Positions 37,210-50,866 of a stretch of 64,000 nucleotides of DNA are shown in pieces. The stretch comes from Lama glama (Eukaryota). Both the position numbers and the translations under genes were made by a program. The notes under the pieces were generated by a model. The model saw only the letters and a program-made list of their open reading frames with translations, had not been told where the DNA came from and ran no database searches. The DNA is taken from positions 12,030,001 through 12,094,000 of the forward strand of contig CM052817.1 in assembly GCA_028534125.1 (NCBI GenBank). The letters are read 5' to 3'. Within the stretch, counting starts at the first letter, position 1; each line of letters starts with the position of its first letter.

Positions 37210-38330
37210 TATTTTAGCACAGATATTAAAAATGTGGATTCCACATTGCCTGAGTTTAAATTACTTCGCTACAATTACAAGTTATGTGTCTTTGACTAAA
37301 TTATCTAGTCTCTCTTAGCTCAGTTTCCTTATTTATTAAATGATTAAAATGAGGATAATGTCTGCTCACAGCATGATTGTGGAGATATCACAGCCATGTG
37401 AGATGCCTAGCAGAGTCTTCATCGCATGGTTCAGTTTCAACCTGAAGACTCCACCCGCATTCTCTCTTACATGATACACAGGCACACGGGCACATAGCAT
37501 TATTGATGCTGAAATCATATTTAATCTCAGATACCTCCGCTATCGCTCTTAGAGTCAGGACTTGATTTTTGGCTTTTTGGCTTCGTAAAGGACCCTATGC
37601 CAGGAGTCAGGCTATCATAACTTGAGTTCCAATTCTGAAAGTACCCGTCTGATAGGTCTTGAGAAATCAGTTCTTCCCAGGTTTTATTTTCTTTCCCTGT
37701 AAAATGAACACAAAATGCAAAAGATCACCTCCACTCCCAAACTTAAAAATATACTAAAAAAAAAATGTAACGACTAGATTCCAGCATAATTGGTATTTTG
37801 CTGTCATGAATAAACACTTTGTCTTCAGATGCAGCATAACATATCCCTGTATTGTAATAGAGTTTACTTTCTGCTCATTGTTATTGTGGCAGCTCGAAAC
37901 CTGAGAGACAGTAAGGTGATACTATAAGATAACTGAAAGATTTCAAAAACAGTGAAATGTTAGGAATACACCAGAGACTATCCTTACTTCACTGGAGGCT
38001 TAGATATCAGGCAGCTCATCCCAAGACTACATAGTTATCTCAATTCTACCACTTTTCATTTGCCCAAGAATTCTGTGCCTCAGTTTCCTTATCTGTAAAA
38101 TGGAATCTCTACCTTCATAGAGCTATTGTGAGATAATATGTGTAAAGCCTTATAAAACAATATTTATTGTCTAGTAGGCACTCAGTATATGTATGCTTTT
38201 ATTATCGACAGATGAGTCAGTAATCTCACAGGTGAGAAAACTGAGGCTCAGAGATTAAAATGTGTGTCCTGGAAGTCACAGAAAAAAAATAATGATGGAG
38301 CAGTGACGGGATTCAGGTTTTGAGCCTGAT
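37210..38330. mobile_element. Cluster of MIR/MIR3 SINEs
   Basis: MIR cores at ~37310, ~37690, ~38075 (ctgtgcctcagtttccttatctgtaaaatgg) and antisense ~38230 (aaactgaggctcagaga). Confidence 0.7.
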
Positions 38331-38724
38331 TATCCCTTTTCCCTCAACAATTGCATTCCAGCAAGGACGGCTGTAAAACCAATCTTAGTTGCTTTAGTCA
38401 TCTGATTTGATTACTCACTCAAAAGCCCTAAATCACTTTGGCTTACTTCTCAAAGTAAATTTTTTTTTAAAGCAAAATCTTTTTTGATTCAGTGATTTTT
38501 CTGGTAAGTGAGGCATAACAGGTTGTTTCTATAAAGTTGAAATTAAAAAAAAAAGTCAACTTAATTCAATTCCAAAATATTGATTACATATCTATTATAT
38601 AAATGAAGAAACTATATAAAATTTTGTTTCAGATCTTGTTAGGAGAAAATCTGTTTTTCCCTCCCCCTGCCCTTCTTGTCTTCCGTGAGGAGTCTTTGCC
38701 AGACCTCAGCGTGGGTGTGTTTAT

Positions 38725-39400
38725 TTGCGCAACAGTATTTATTTAAAACCTGCTGTATTCCAGGGACTGTTTTTTGTGAATAGGAGAGAGTGGTGAGCAA
38801 GACTGGTTGAGTCTATTGTCATGAAGTTCATGTTCTAACACAGGGGTCAGAGAATTATGATCTTGGTCAGATCTAGCCTATTACCTGTCTTGAACATAAA
38901 GTTTCATTGGAACACAGATAATTCATTTCTGTTTTGCTTATAACTACCTTCACACTACAATTACAGAGTTGAGAAGTTGCAACAGAGACCATATGGATCT
39001 CAAACCCTAAGCTATTTACTATTTGGCCCTTTGCAGAAAACATTTGTCCAACCCAGCCAGTAGAATAAGCTATTCAATAAACAAATAGACAAGATGCTTT
39101 CAGATACTATGAATAAAATAAAACAGGATTATATAGCAGAGATAATGGAGAGAGCCTTTTTATTTGGGTGGTTGTCGAAGAACTTTCCAAGGTGTTGACC
39201 TTTGAACTGAAACTAGTCACAAGAAGGAGCGAATGTGGAAACAGGAACAGTGAGTATAAAGGACTGATCGAGGTCTATCTTGGACAGATTGTTGTGCATG
39301 AGGGCAAAAGCAATGAGAGAGAAGGCTAGAGAACATGCAGTGGCTGAATCACCTCGGCCCCTATGTGAGGAAGAGTGGTGTCTGACTTGGAAATCTGGGG
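38725..39400 (-). mobile_element. L2 3' end, interrupted by MER58A
   Basis: caacagtatttattt…ccagggactgtt…gtcatgaagttcatgttcta; resumes at ~39060. Confidence 0.65.
38841..39056 (+). mobile_element. hAT-Charlie MER58A-like
   Basis: CAGGGGTCAG…ataaagtttcattggaacacag…cagagttgag…tatttactatttggccctttgcagaaaa. Confidence 0.85.
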
Positions 39401-40039
39401 AGTACTTGACATGTTATATCAAATTTTTATTGGCCGCATAAAGGTTAGTGCTCATGCATGACCTTGGTCTTCTATGTCTACCTCAGGGTATAGAGCAAAG
39501 TCATCTTCTCTGTATGGATGAAATATGCATATTTCTTTCTTTAACTTCTCTTGCCGCTGAGTGGGTAACTCGAGGTGCTTGCGGTCTGAAATCCTAGGTT
39601 CTGAGAGTAATGTGGCAGGTCCTGCCCCATTCTCCAGTTTCAACAGTAATAAAGTTGCCCTATGTTTTAGCTTTCATTTGGCTTATTGTGTGATCTTAAT
39701 TGACTATAATCCAGAAAGGAGAGGAAAAGGGACTCATTAGTAGCCTCATAGCTATATTTTTTCGCAGTTTAAAGTAGTGGTTTTGATATCATAACATAAA
39801 GTCTAGTGCAAATTTTCATGAATACAAAACAATTTACACACATAATAAATGATCCAGCTATGCAATATAGAATCTAACATCATATCCTAAAATGCAATGA
39901 AATGTTTCTGTGATCTACATTTTAAACTGTAATTAACTGTGTAAGTCAGGGTCAAATGAGCACAGAATAATTAAAATGCAGAACACCATGGAGGTAACCA
40001 CAGCTGTGCTAACTACAGGGATCTCTGTATACTTATTTT

Positions 40040-40525
40040 AGTTTTGCTTTCGTCTAAGGCACTTTTAAGTTCCTTCACTTATATCCTCATATAATCATTG
40101 TGATACCCCTGTTATTATTAATTGTTACTAATAATGAGTAGCATTAATTATATTGGTAGCATTATTAACTAAATAAAATAATTATTATTCATTCCTACAC
40201 TTGCATTTAGAGGCACAGTTGGGATCCCAATCCAGCCATCAAATTCTAGAGCTCACTCTTAAGACATGGTCCTGACAGCAATGATGAGGGTCATTGTGGC
40301 GCAGGCTGTGTGGTAGGGAAGAGGCGCATGGGTTTTGTAGTCACGTGGATCTAGATTCAAAGCCAAGGTCTGTTCCTCATAGGCTATATGGTTTGGAACA
40401 TCTCATTTGCTTAGCTGTGCACTCCTGTTTCTTCATCTTTAAGTTGTGAATAAAACACATATTTCATAGGAATGTTTAGAGGATTAAATTAGCTAAAAAG
40501 AGGAGAGTATCCAGTATAGCATTGC
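40040..40525. mobile_element. Two MIR SINEs, head-to-head
   Basis: Antisense MIR ~40040-40270 and sense MIR ~40295-40525. Confidence 0.55.
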
Positions 40526-42919
40526 ACACAGACTGTTCCCTTTTGGGAACAGTCATTTTTATAGTCACTGCATTTGCACAGCAATAGAGTGAATTCCAGC
40601 TCAAAGTAGTAACATATTAACAATCACCTGGTTAAATGTGGTTTGAGTACCTGCAATGTAAGTGATATATGCCTTAAAAGAAAAAAACAAAAAAAACAAA
40701 ACTGATGACAATAATATCAAAACCCAAAACCGAAATTCTACTAATTGCAGACACAAGAATTTAGAACTTGTGTGTATTAGTTTATCACAACTCTGATACC
40801 CAAGTGGACTCATGGTAGGAGCATATGGTATAAGTGAGTGTCACAGACGTGAATCAGTAGACGACACAAAATCACACATCAAAAGACACAGAGATCCTAA
40901 GTCAGAGCAGGGAGTTATTATACAACCGTGTTGTAAGCAGTTTATTCTCTGGCGTGGAGTCACCTTTTCTTTAGTGAAAACTTCTGTAGGCTTTACACAG
41001 TGCCAAGTTAAAGAAGTCTGTCAATTACGTTTAAGACAAGAAACTTGTACTTGCTGAACCCAAGTGTTACTTGCAGTCAGTTCCTGTGTATGGAGTAAGA
41101 AGGTCAAGTGAACAGCATCCCTAGAAATGCAGGCCAAGGCGGGGTCTGTGTTTGCTTGGGTGTTTCAGCTTTCCTTGGGGTTCTGGATAAAACAGAGATC
41201 AAAATTTGCTTCCCTATGATACAATTTTCTTTTATTATGAGGAAGTTTCATACTGGCTATCATTCATTCAGCACTGTTACAAGCTAGATGATCCCCTGGT
41301 TCTTTTAGATGTGTTCCCAATCCTTTCAAAAAGCCCAGAGGATACTGTTGGTGAATGTGAGGGACAGGACACTACTTCACTCACAAGGATCACACGTATG
41401 GCTCTGAAGCAGTGGAGTTTGGGGTTTAGGGTCTCTGGTTCTAAAGTTCTTACCCTCTTCTCTACGTGATGCTTCTTTATACTTGCAGATGATGAATAAC
41501 AAACATTTCAATCTACCAGTAAAATCTAAAGTTATCTAAAAGATACCACTTGAGTCCTCCATGGGCTGATCAAAGTTTTTGTTTCGACTTTCATAGCATA
41601 TTTTTTTGGTGGTGGGTATAAGAAAGGGAATCACTATATGCTTCCAATTTTCTGTCTCTCCATTCTCCTGCTCCCTGAATGAAACCCTTAAAACAAAAAG
41701 CCCTCATGGCCATATCATTTGAGGAGCTAGTGTTAAAAATTCAAAGACCTTAATTGTGTTTTCTTACCATCCAAATATCTTGTCCATTTGATCAAAATTT
41801 CTATTGACCAGAAAAAATTATCTAAGCCAGCTCTTTGTCAGTTAATCATTTAAATATTTCTCAACCAGATGGTGTGTTAGAAAGGTAAAGCTATAATCTC
41901 AAACATTTTTGTCATATGTCTAAACAGATTACTTTTGTTTCTTCAAGTCAGAGTGAAAGTGGTTTAGAAGAAAGATGATAAGATCAAAATTTTATACAAA
42001 TGTTAATTTCTTTGGTAAATTCTTTGAAGTGGAGGGAAGTCTGGAGTGGTCTGTAGTGAAATTTATTTAGCGTGATTCTTCATTTGTGACTTGGCACCTC
42101 TGATGTATATCTGGGTACTTTTTTTTTAATTTGGAAAAAAGCAAGAAATGGTGAGTAGTTTGAAAAAAATAAAAAAGGGTAACAGAAAAACCACCTGTAC
42201 CATTTAAATTAAAAAATGATAAATTTTTATGTCTATTTTTAAAACCATACAAATGGAAAAACACATGGCCTAATTTTATTCATTCACTATGGAAATTTTA
42301 ATGAATAGGGATTCTGAGCATAAAAATACACAATGCTGCTCACCTGGACTAAGCTGTGGTCTGAGCCTGTGAAGAGGATACATCACAGCACCCACCTTGG
42401 ACCATTTGGAGAGTCTGGCTTAAGTACAGAATTCCAGTCCACACCCTTGAAGGTTCTGCTTCTAAAACATTATGGTAGGGGGAGGGAATTTAGACTATGA
42501 GGGAAAATAAGGGCACTGGTGAACCTAGAAAAACCATTATGGAAAGTCATCTGGGGACTTCAACTACCCAGATGTATTTTCCTTCCTCTGATTTCCCACT
42601 GAGGAACCTGTCCTTTCCATTCTGCAAAATCTTGCTAGAACTGTCAATCAAGAGGCCACTGTGTCCTGGGTGTGGTTGGGATTAGCTTCCATATGTATAA
42701 TGTTAACTGCTAAGGCTCCCAGAAGAGTGTGTCTTAAGCTATGTGACCCAAACGTGAATTCCATAGGCAGGTCCCTTAGGAAAATTTCATTATTTTCTAG
42801 TATACCCCATCCAATGACTGCTCTGTAAATGAATGTTTTTCATCCTTTCCTTCTTGTTCAGTGGGATACCTCAGATTCTAAATGCACTATTTTCAGTTTC
42901 TTTCTTGATCTCACTTTCA

Positions 42920-44125
42920 CTTTTTAAAATCCATCTTTACTGAGATATAATTGGCATACGGTACTGTATAAGTTTAAGGTGTCCAGCATAATGATTCGAC
43001 TTACCTGCGTCATGAAATGATTATCACAATAGGTTTAGTGAACATCCGTCATCTGATATGGACACAAAATTAAAGAAACAGAAAAAAAAATTTCCACGTG
43101 ATGAGAACTCTTGGGATTTACTTTAATTATATTTATCATGTTAATTATATTTATCATGTTGTATCATGTTGTATCCTTTATTTATCTAATAACTTGAAGT
43201 TTGCACTTTTTGAGTACCTTCATCCAATTTCCCCTCCTCCCATCCCCCAGCCTCTGGTAACCACAAATCTGACCTCTTGTTCTTTGAGTCTGTTTGTATA
43301 TTCATTTGTTTACTTTTGCAGTGTAATAGACCTACAACATTTCATTAGTTCCTGTTACACAACATAGTGCTTTTCTCTGTACATTGTAAAATGATCACCA
43401 CGATAAATCTAGTTATGATATGTCACCATATAAAGAATTACTTGACTATATTCCCCACACTGTACATTTTATAAATGTGACCCACTTATTTTACAACTAG
43501 AAATTTGTACCTCTTAATCTCCCTATTTTTTTAATCAACCTATAGCTTGGCTACTGTAAATAATACTGCAATGAAGGTACAGATGCATGTATCTTTACTA
43601 ATTTGTGTTTTTATTTTCTTCATATAAATAACCAGAAGTGGAATTGCTATTTTTATTTTTTTGAGAAACTGCTATACGGTTTTCCATAGCAGCTGCACCA
43701 ACTTACATTCCTAAGTGCACTAGTGTCCCCTTTTCCCTACATCCTCACTAACACTTGTTATTTGTTGTCTTTTTGATAATAGCTATTTTGACAGATGTGA
43801 AGTGATATCTCCCTGTGGTTTTGACTTGCACTTCGTTGATGATTAGTGATGTTGAACACCTTATCATGTACTGGTTGGCCTTCTATATGTCACCTTTGAA
43901 AAAATATCTATTCGGATCCTCTGCCCATGCTTTAATCAGTCTTTTTTTTTCATGTTGATCTGTATGAGTTTTTTGTATATTTTGGATATTATCACTTGCA
44001 AAATATCTTTTCCCATTCAGTCAGTGGCCTCTTTGTTTTGTGGATAGTTTCTTTTGCTGTGTTAAGGATTTTTATTTGATGTAGTCTCATTTGTGTCTTT
44101 GCTTTTGTTGCCCTTGCCTGATGAG
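42920..44125 (-). mobile_element. Laurasiatherian LINE-1 (L1MA9-derived-like) 3' end
   Basis: tttactgagatataattggcata…agtttaaggtgt…gatgagaactctt…cctctggtaaccacaaatctga, then antisense ORF2 end; internal 18-bp tandem duplication 43123-43158. Confidence 0.85.
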
Positions 44126-44839
44126 AGAGCCAAAAGAATTTGGAGTAACAGACTCCTAAATCTTGATATTCATAGGACATTTTGTTCTGCCAAGTTCCTA
44201 ATTTTACCTTCACTACAGTCTTATGAGTCAGATTCCTATTTGATTTTTATCTAGGGGTGCAGAGACTGAGGCTAAGAATTCAGGTGAAATCCACTGAATT
44301 CCCTCAGGTGGGGAACGTAGGAGCTGAGGTTATGATCTTAGCTTTTGGGCACTAGAGCCTAAATTATGTACATTTCCCTGAACTGCCTTTCTAAATTCCT
44401 TTTATACCAGCATGGTTCAGCCCAACTTTTCAGCAACAGAGATTCTCAGCTCTCCTTCTATTCATCCCTGTCAGCCATTCCCTTCTTAAGTTTCAATTTA
44501 TTTTACAGGTGAAAAGAAATTAGAGTCTTGCTTTGGAGATTTATAGCTAAAAATGCCCTATCTTTTCTTAAGATTTAATTTGTTTTATATGCGGGACATG
44601 AGCACACATGCACCAAACCTCTAGTCTTCAAACCAACAAAACCTATATAGGAGAGAAGAAATAAAAATATCAATTTGCATTTTCAATGCACCATAAAATT
44701 CCAAGATTGGAAGGGATCTTAAATCATCAGGTTCAAATGCTGGTATTTATGAAGTTACGCTGTGTAACCAGGTGCTGGTACAAGACCTGATGTCATTTCA
44801 GACCATCACGTGCCACGTAGTCGTGGTGAAGGTATATTC

Positions 44840-45130
44840 AGTGTTTCCCACTAGTGCCAGATGGTGTTCTAAGTGAATTACCTATGCAGCCCTATTATAT
44901 GTGTTATATATGTATATAAATCATAATACAGTCTCTAGTCAAAGAGTCATAACCTATAACGCTTCATTCACATAAAACAGATTGTCCTCACAATAACTCG
45001 ATCAAGTATTTTCTTTTAATTATTCCACATTAGAGATGAGGAAACTGAGGCATAAGCTTATTCAACTTCCTCCAAGTCACATTGCTGGCAGCAGTCAGAA
45101 TTTGAACACAAGAAGTGTGGCTCCAGGACT
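44840..45130 (-). mobile_element. MIR SINE
   Basis: agatgaggaaactgaggcata…aagtcaca…gaatttgaac. Confidence 0.75.
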
Positions 45131-45214
45131 GCTACGTGACACCTCCTCGTGGAACTGGGGAGGAGACCACTCACCTTCCACAAGGACCCTGCCACTGCTC
45201 AGGGACTGCAGAGA

Positions 45215-45445
45215 TGATGGCTTTGTAAATAATGCTCTTTTCATTATCTCTCCTAACTTCTTTTCCTGTTATGGAGGAAGCTACTGATTTTTATATATTT
45301 ACTCTGCTATTGGGTATCTTACTGACTGCCATTATTAGTTGTAATAGCTTTTCAGCGATGCCTTCTGAGCTTTCCAGGCGTACAATTGTGTCATTTACAA
45401 ATAAGAACACGTTTTCTTCCTTTATGCCAATTGTATATATCAGTG
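45215..45445 (-). mobile_element. Old L1M ORF2 fragment
   Basis: aagctactgatttttatatattt…tacaattgtgtcatttacaaataa. Confidence 0.55.
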
Positions 45446-46034
45446 ACCTGGTTTGTTAGATCAGGTTTAATGCAGGTTTTCTTACAAATTAGTTGGAATG
45501 ATGGAAATGCTGTAGAATTTTGGAGCCTCTGTAGGCAGTTAAGAGGCTTTTCAGTTGGAAGGTAGTAATGGTCTGGCCTAAATAATGACATGGGAAAATC
45601 AATATCTATTAGAGCAGGATTTTATATTAAAAATTGACTAAACTTAGGAATACAGCCTGGGAAACACTAAAAGGTTTTGAAACTAAGGCATGCAAGTCTA
45701 ATTGATAATGATCAGGAAATTGACTCTATTTTAATCGCTGTTGAATTCCGCTAATCTGTTCATCTGAAACAAGGTAGCTTGAAAGAAATAATCAGAACTT
45801 TCAGTTTATAAACAATTCTAGGAATGTGTTTCTAAGAGAAACATACATATATTTTTAAATTTGTACAGCCTCTCCATGGTTTGATATTTGCTCTACTTAC
45901 CTATAAACTATATTATATAAAGTTAGCATGATGCTTATCCAATTTATAAAGTAACTTAAAAAACAATATTCTGACTCATTTAGCCTTTTAAAACCCTGAG
46001 ATGGATAATACGCTGGTTTTTGAAATTTAGTTCA

Positions 46035-46190
46035 CTTCAGAATACTAGGATACATCTTAAGAATGGGTGTTAAGGCAAAATTATTGAGGTAATTAGTCCA
46101 GGGTAGAGCCTAGGAACCTACATTTTTAGCTATCAGTCCAGGTAATCAGAATTATAGATTGGCTCACAGACTACGCATTGAGAAACCCTG
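46035..46190. mobile_element. MER5B-like MITE
   Basis: gtccagggtagagcctaggaacctacattttta…cattgagaaaccctg. Confidence 0.55.
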
Positions 46191-48721
46191 GGCTAGTTCT
46201 TTACAGTTTGCACCAGCGCTTTGAACTTGTGTGCTGTTTGGTACACACTTCCCTGTCATTCACATTTCAAATGTCGGCACCTTCTGCTATTTCTCTGAAC
46301 GTGGCGGGTTGTTCAAATTTTCCGTATCCCTGTCTATATGGTTCTGACTGCTTAGAGTGTCATGATTTGACAAAATTAACAGTCAAATTATCCTTCTCAA
46401 CTCAATTCAGGCTCAGGGGAATCATGGTTCTCTTCCCCAGGGTGAGACTGACGGTTTATGGGTCCCTCTCTAGTAAAGAAGCAGCCAAATTGTCCTTTCG
46501 GCCTGGTGGGACCGAGCAGAGGACCATGTGCAGGGTGAGGCACATTTCCTGAACATATGTGGAAGCCTCCACGGCCGGCCTCAGCCCATGAAAATTATTC
46601 ATTCTTTGGAGAGCTTGCTGTCACCACCAAGTGAGGGTTAAACAAAGGCAATTAAAAAAAATGTACTTCTGTTACTCCAACTTTTTTGCTTAGTCCCAAG
46701 GAGAGGCAGAGTCATATTTAGTAAGGCCTACTTTGTAAAAATAAAAGAAGACACTGTATACATGTACGCTTAGGGGAGGAAAAAAATCTGAATATGCAGA
46801 GCTTTTATCTACTTCCAATAATTCCTCAAAAAGAAAAGGAGGAAAGGATAAAAATGCACTACCACTAAAACTGAGTGGTAATGATCAACCTGTTTCTCTA
46901 ATCTAGGATGGATTTCCACTAACTGCAAGAATAGACGTGGATTAAAAAACACAGTAGTGAACCAGAAACACCAAATACTTGGTTTGTTTACTTGAAAGTA
47001 GGTAGACATAATCTGCCTGTCCCTTGTTCCAAACCCAGCATATGACTGGGAATGTGATTAGCCAGCACTCCTAGATGGCTGGAAAGGAAGGGACGAGTGA
47101 TGGTGTGTCACAGGTGCTGTGCATCCCACAGATGAAGGAGCTGGGATTGAAACACAGGTCACCGCAGTCACTGTTGAATTCAGTCTGTCTAACTGCCTCT
47201 GATTGCATGAGTGCCAGACAGTTGTAGACTGGCTCTAAAAGGCCATATATTCAGAATTCAATCAAAAACTCTTCGTAGCATGTCACTGTAATGGCCAGTT
47301 TTAAAAATGAAATGAACAAAACAAATAAGGCCTACTACACAAACCAACCAAACAACAAACCAACCAAACAGCCCTGCAGAAGAAGAGGAAGAAAAACAGC
47401 ATCTTAAAGACAATTCTCAGAGAAGATACCCCAAGCTATGTCAATCACGGGCAGCATCTTGTAGGTGAGTTTACACTTCCAGGACCAAATCTGATAAAGG
47501 TGGCCCTCATTTGAATGAGAAGTTCCCAAAATATCTGTTTAGAAACAGTGTCAGCGTATTACCACATATAATTCAGAAGATATTTTGCAGTATCTTTTTT
47601 GGTGAAAGAAAGGGGGAGCCCCGTCTCTTCTTGTCCCTCCTGGGTGGTCCTGTTCCTGCGTAGGAGCAAAAAGAGTGTAATTTTTTCTTCTTTCAAAGAT
47701 CCTAAGTGGAGGTTATTTCTCTGCCTTTATTTTTTGTTGCCTTCTCAGCACTGCCTCACTCCTGCTAGTTTGTGTAAGAAACCAATAGGGGGCTTTCATT
47801 ATCTTTTCTCTAAGTGTTGCCTTCCCTGATTTTACCCCCTTGTTTTCTTTCTTTCTGAAGATATCTTCATTTCCATTTTGCTAGGATGTTTCTTTGAAAA
47901 AGGAGAAACTCGTATACTTCTTTAAAAGTATACCTCATTCAAAACGTGGAGAAGAGAGAGACTAATAAATTAAGAGCAAGGGCATGAATTGAGAAAGTTA
48001 CAACTCCCCAAACTGCAATTGTGGGAGAAAGAAAGAGGGAAAGAACAGAAGATAGTGCAAAACAATCTCAGGCAGAACACTGAAAACCCCTATTCAGAAG
48101 TGCAACAAATTGGACATTCCCTTTAGCCTGTCAATCTCCCATTCTCAATCCTTATACAGCATCTCTTTTTCCTGATGCTCAGTCTGAAGTATTTCCTCTC
48201 ATGAAAAGAATAGAGTTTTTCAAACTCAAGAGCCTAATTAGGAACAAGGTTTTCCATCCTTTCACTATTGTAAGTTCAGCTTCTCTTTTCTGCACTATTT
48301 ACAATGAAAGCATTTATAAGAAAGGATATCACAGTAGGATACTGCCATCATTGGTAGTATCGAAATGAGAACTGTGGATAGAAAATAGACATAAGTTCAA
48401 GTACTGCCTTGTCCATTCTTTGTGAGTGTTTTTGTGTAAGGCAACGACGAGCAGGCACATACCATATTGGAACTACCCTAAGTGGATTGTGAAACACCTC
48501 GGCGCTATCATTAAGTCGCTACAGCCATATGGAATGAGCCTCAAACTCAGTATTAGAAAAAAGTTGCTCACTTCCAAATTTTGACACCATTCTTATAGAC
48601 TACGTTTGTTTAGCCTTCAGGAAGAAGCAGAACTGGAAATAGTCTTGTCAGAGATGACGGGGAGAAAAGGAAGCATTTTTATGGGAGGGATATAGAGAAT
48701 ATTAGTTTTAATCACATGCAA

Positions 48722-48885
48722 CGATGCTTCTCAAACTTTAGCATGCGTGAGACTCCAGTGTAGAGCAAGATTTCTGGTTCCTGCCGGAAGAAGTTCTGCC
48801 AAGGAGCCACATGATTTGCATAATTTGTACTGGTGATGCCAAGGCTTCCAGTAAATAAGTGGACCACAATTTGTGTAGCAAAGAC
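48722..48885 (-). mobile_element. MER5A-like MITE
   Basis: cttctcaaactttagcatgc…atttgcat…ggtgatgc…ggaccaca. Confidence 0.65.
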
Positions 48886-48959
48886 ATAAGGCATAGGTTT
48901 TGGGGGAGAAAAATCAAAACAGGAGATGTCTCAAATTTTGAAATTATGCTTGACTTTTC

Positions 48960-49860
48960 CTCTCACTTTTGTCCTTCCCTCTGAGCTTTCTCATTCTGTG
49001 GCCCAATTTCCAATCACTCATAGACCGGTCTTCTAAATTCTTCCCTCAGATTTCCTTTTTAGTTTACCTCCATATTTTCACCCCCACTTTAGTTCAAACC
49101 ATATACATATACATGTATATTATATATATATATATATATTTGAAGTATAGTCAGTTTATAATGTTGTGTCAAACTCTCATATATATGTTTTCATATTCTT
49201 TTTCACCGTAAGTTACTACAAGATACTGAATATACTCCAACCCTGTGCTATACAGTATGAACTTATTGTTTATCACAGACCCTTTTAAAATTGCTTTTTG
49301 CCTGAATCTTTAATGGTATTTTGAGTGATCCCCCAGCCTCCAGTCTTGTTTCAGTTTAATCTAACCTCCACATAACTTTCGTTTGAAAATAAAATCTGAT
49401 CAAGTTGTTCCTTTGATTAAAAGCACTCCAATTCTCTACAGAGTGAAGTCCAAGCTTCTTAGCATTGCATATTACGATTTCCTGATCTCTCCCTCACCCA
49501 TCTGTCCAGTTTGCTCTCCCCCAATTCCCCCATTCCATCCCATCCGAGTAATGCTTTATTTACCTGACAGCCATGCTGAGTTACTTGTGGATTCCCTAAC
49601 AGACAATGCTATAGTCTTTCCACTTGAAATGTCTTTAACTGGAAGAAATTTCCATTCATCCCTCAACATCCATCTTGGCATAACTCCTCTTTGAGATTTT
49701 TCATGACTCTTTAGATAGCCAACTGCCTAAAACCATCCCTCTCCTGTGGCCACTTGTCAGCTTGTAGTAATTATTGCGTATCTTCTCTAAAATAGTGTAA
49801 TTTCCTTGAAAGCAGGGTTCAAAATGCAACTTGTGCAGCGTCTAGCACAATGATGTTTGC
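48960..49860 (+). mobile_element. L2 fragment (interrupted by a young L1 tail)
   Basis: aaaatctgatca…cagagtgaagtccaagcttcttagcat…tccttgaaagcaggg…tctagcacaatg. Confidence 0.7.
49101..49275 (-). mobile_element. Short young LINE-1 3' end with (TA)n tail
   Basis: ttgaagtatagtcagtttataatgttgtgtcaa…catattctttttcacc…ccctgtgctatacagta. Confidence 0.85.
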
Positions 49861-50368
49861 TCACAATTAAACTGATTTTAAGAGAGATTAAATAATATTT
49901 GAAGATTTCCATTTTTCAGATATGGAAAGAAGAAAAGAAAGATGAAGAAAGTGTGTCAAAGCCTTTAAAATAGAGCTACAGAGTGATGTGATGTCTTTGC
50001 TAAAATGAGACAGTTCAGTCAAATAGGATTTCTGTCTTGTTAAGAGGCTTATGCAGATCACTGTAAGGACCAGGAAACACTTAGAAACCAGTGAGTGTGT
50101 CTGTCTATCGTTGTGTTTCAAGCCTTAAGTATATTGTTTAAATACTCAGTACAAATATCACCAGTTGTATATAGAGCATGCAAATTGCTAATACTTGGGT
50201 TATTTTATTCCAGCTGTGCTCTGCTTTGGAAAACTATCAAATATCCTTTACTTCATTAAACATGAAGCCTACAGCAAGTCTGGAGATTTACAAAGTGTCT
50301 ATTTTCCTATTAACCAGGAGCAAAAAAAAGAAACTTTGTAAAGTACAACATAACAGAACACTTTCCCC

Positions 50369-50866
50369 CGTCGCCTGGAATAAATGCACAGCCTAAAAGT
50401 TGAGAGTTATGTTTTATTTGGCGGACATTTCTGAGGACTCAAACCCCTTTGAGTCTGGGATGACAACCTCCCAGATCTCTCTGAGGGACTGCTCCAAAGA
50501 GGTAGGAGAGGAGCAAGGATATATAGGAGCTTTACAACAAAGACCAGGTAATTGGAACGTTAAAAGGTTACTTGTGAACTAAAGAAAACCAGGCATCTCA
50601 AGTTAAAGAATTTAGCGCTTTTCTCTGTGTGGGAGGAAGCCAACATTTGGGCTCATTGAATTCATTCCTTTGACAAGCCCCTTGCTATCTAGGGCCAGTA
50701 TCCTGTCCTTTCTTATTCTGAGTCCCCTCAGGGTGCACCATGGTGAGTGGCTGCAGAGGCTGGGCTGCAGGCTTGTCTTCACTAGGAGGTGGCGACAGCA
50801 GCTGATGACTTGATGGTTTCAGCATTCTTTGTTTACTGATACGGTTTGCAGTATTTCTAATTCACA
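50369..50866 (-). mobile_element. ERV1 solo LTR, artiodactyl MER41-like
   Basis: aatgcacagcctaaaagttgagagttatgttttatttggcgg…ctctgagggactgctcc…tcccctcagggtgcacc…tttgtttactgat…caca; perfect 4-bp TSD CCCC (50365-50368 / 50867-50870). Confidence 0.88.

Noticed and set aside
40531..40560. Hairpin plus T-run as a rho-independent terminator
   Set aside because: Eukaryotic nuclear DNA with no prokaryotic gene context.
46178..46552. 124-aa ORF
   Set aside because: Non-ATG (TTG) start inside a MER5 end, no recognisable domain, Leu/Ser/Cys-rich composition typical of random ORFs.
48440..48585. CpG-containing open frame (…HIPYWNYPKWIVKHLGAIIK…) as an exon
   Set aside because: No convincing splice acceptor or donor and no recognisable homology; may be a decayed DNA-transposon fragment.
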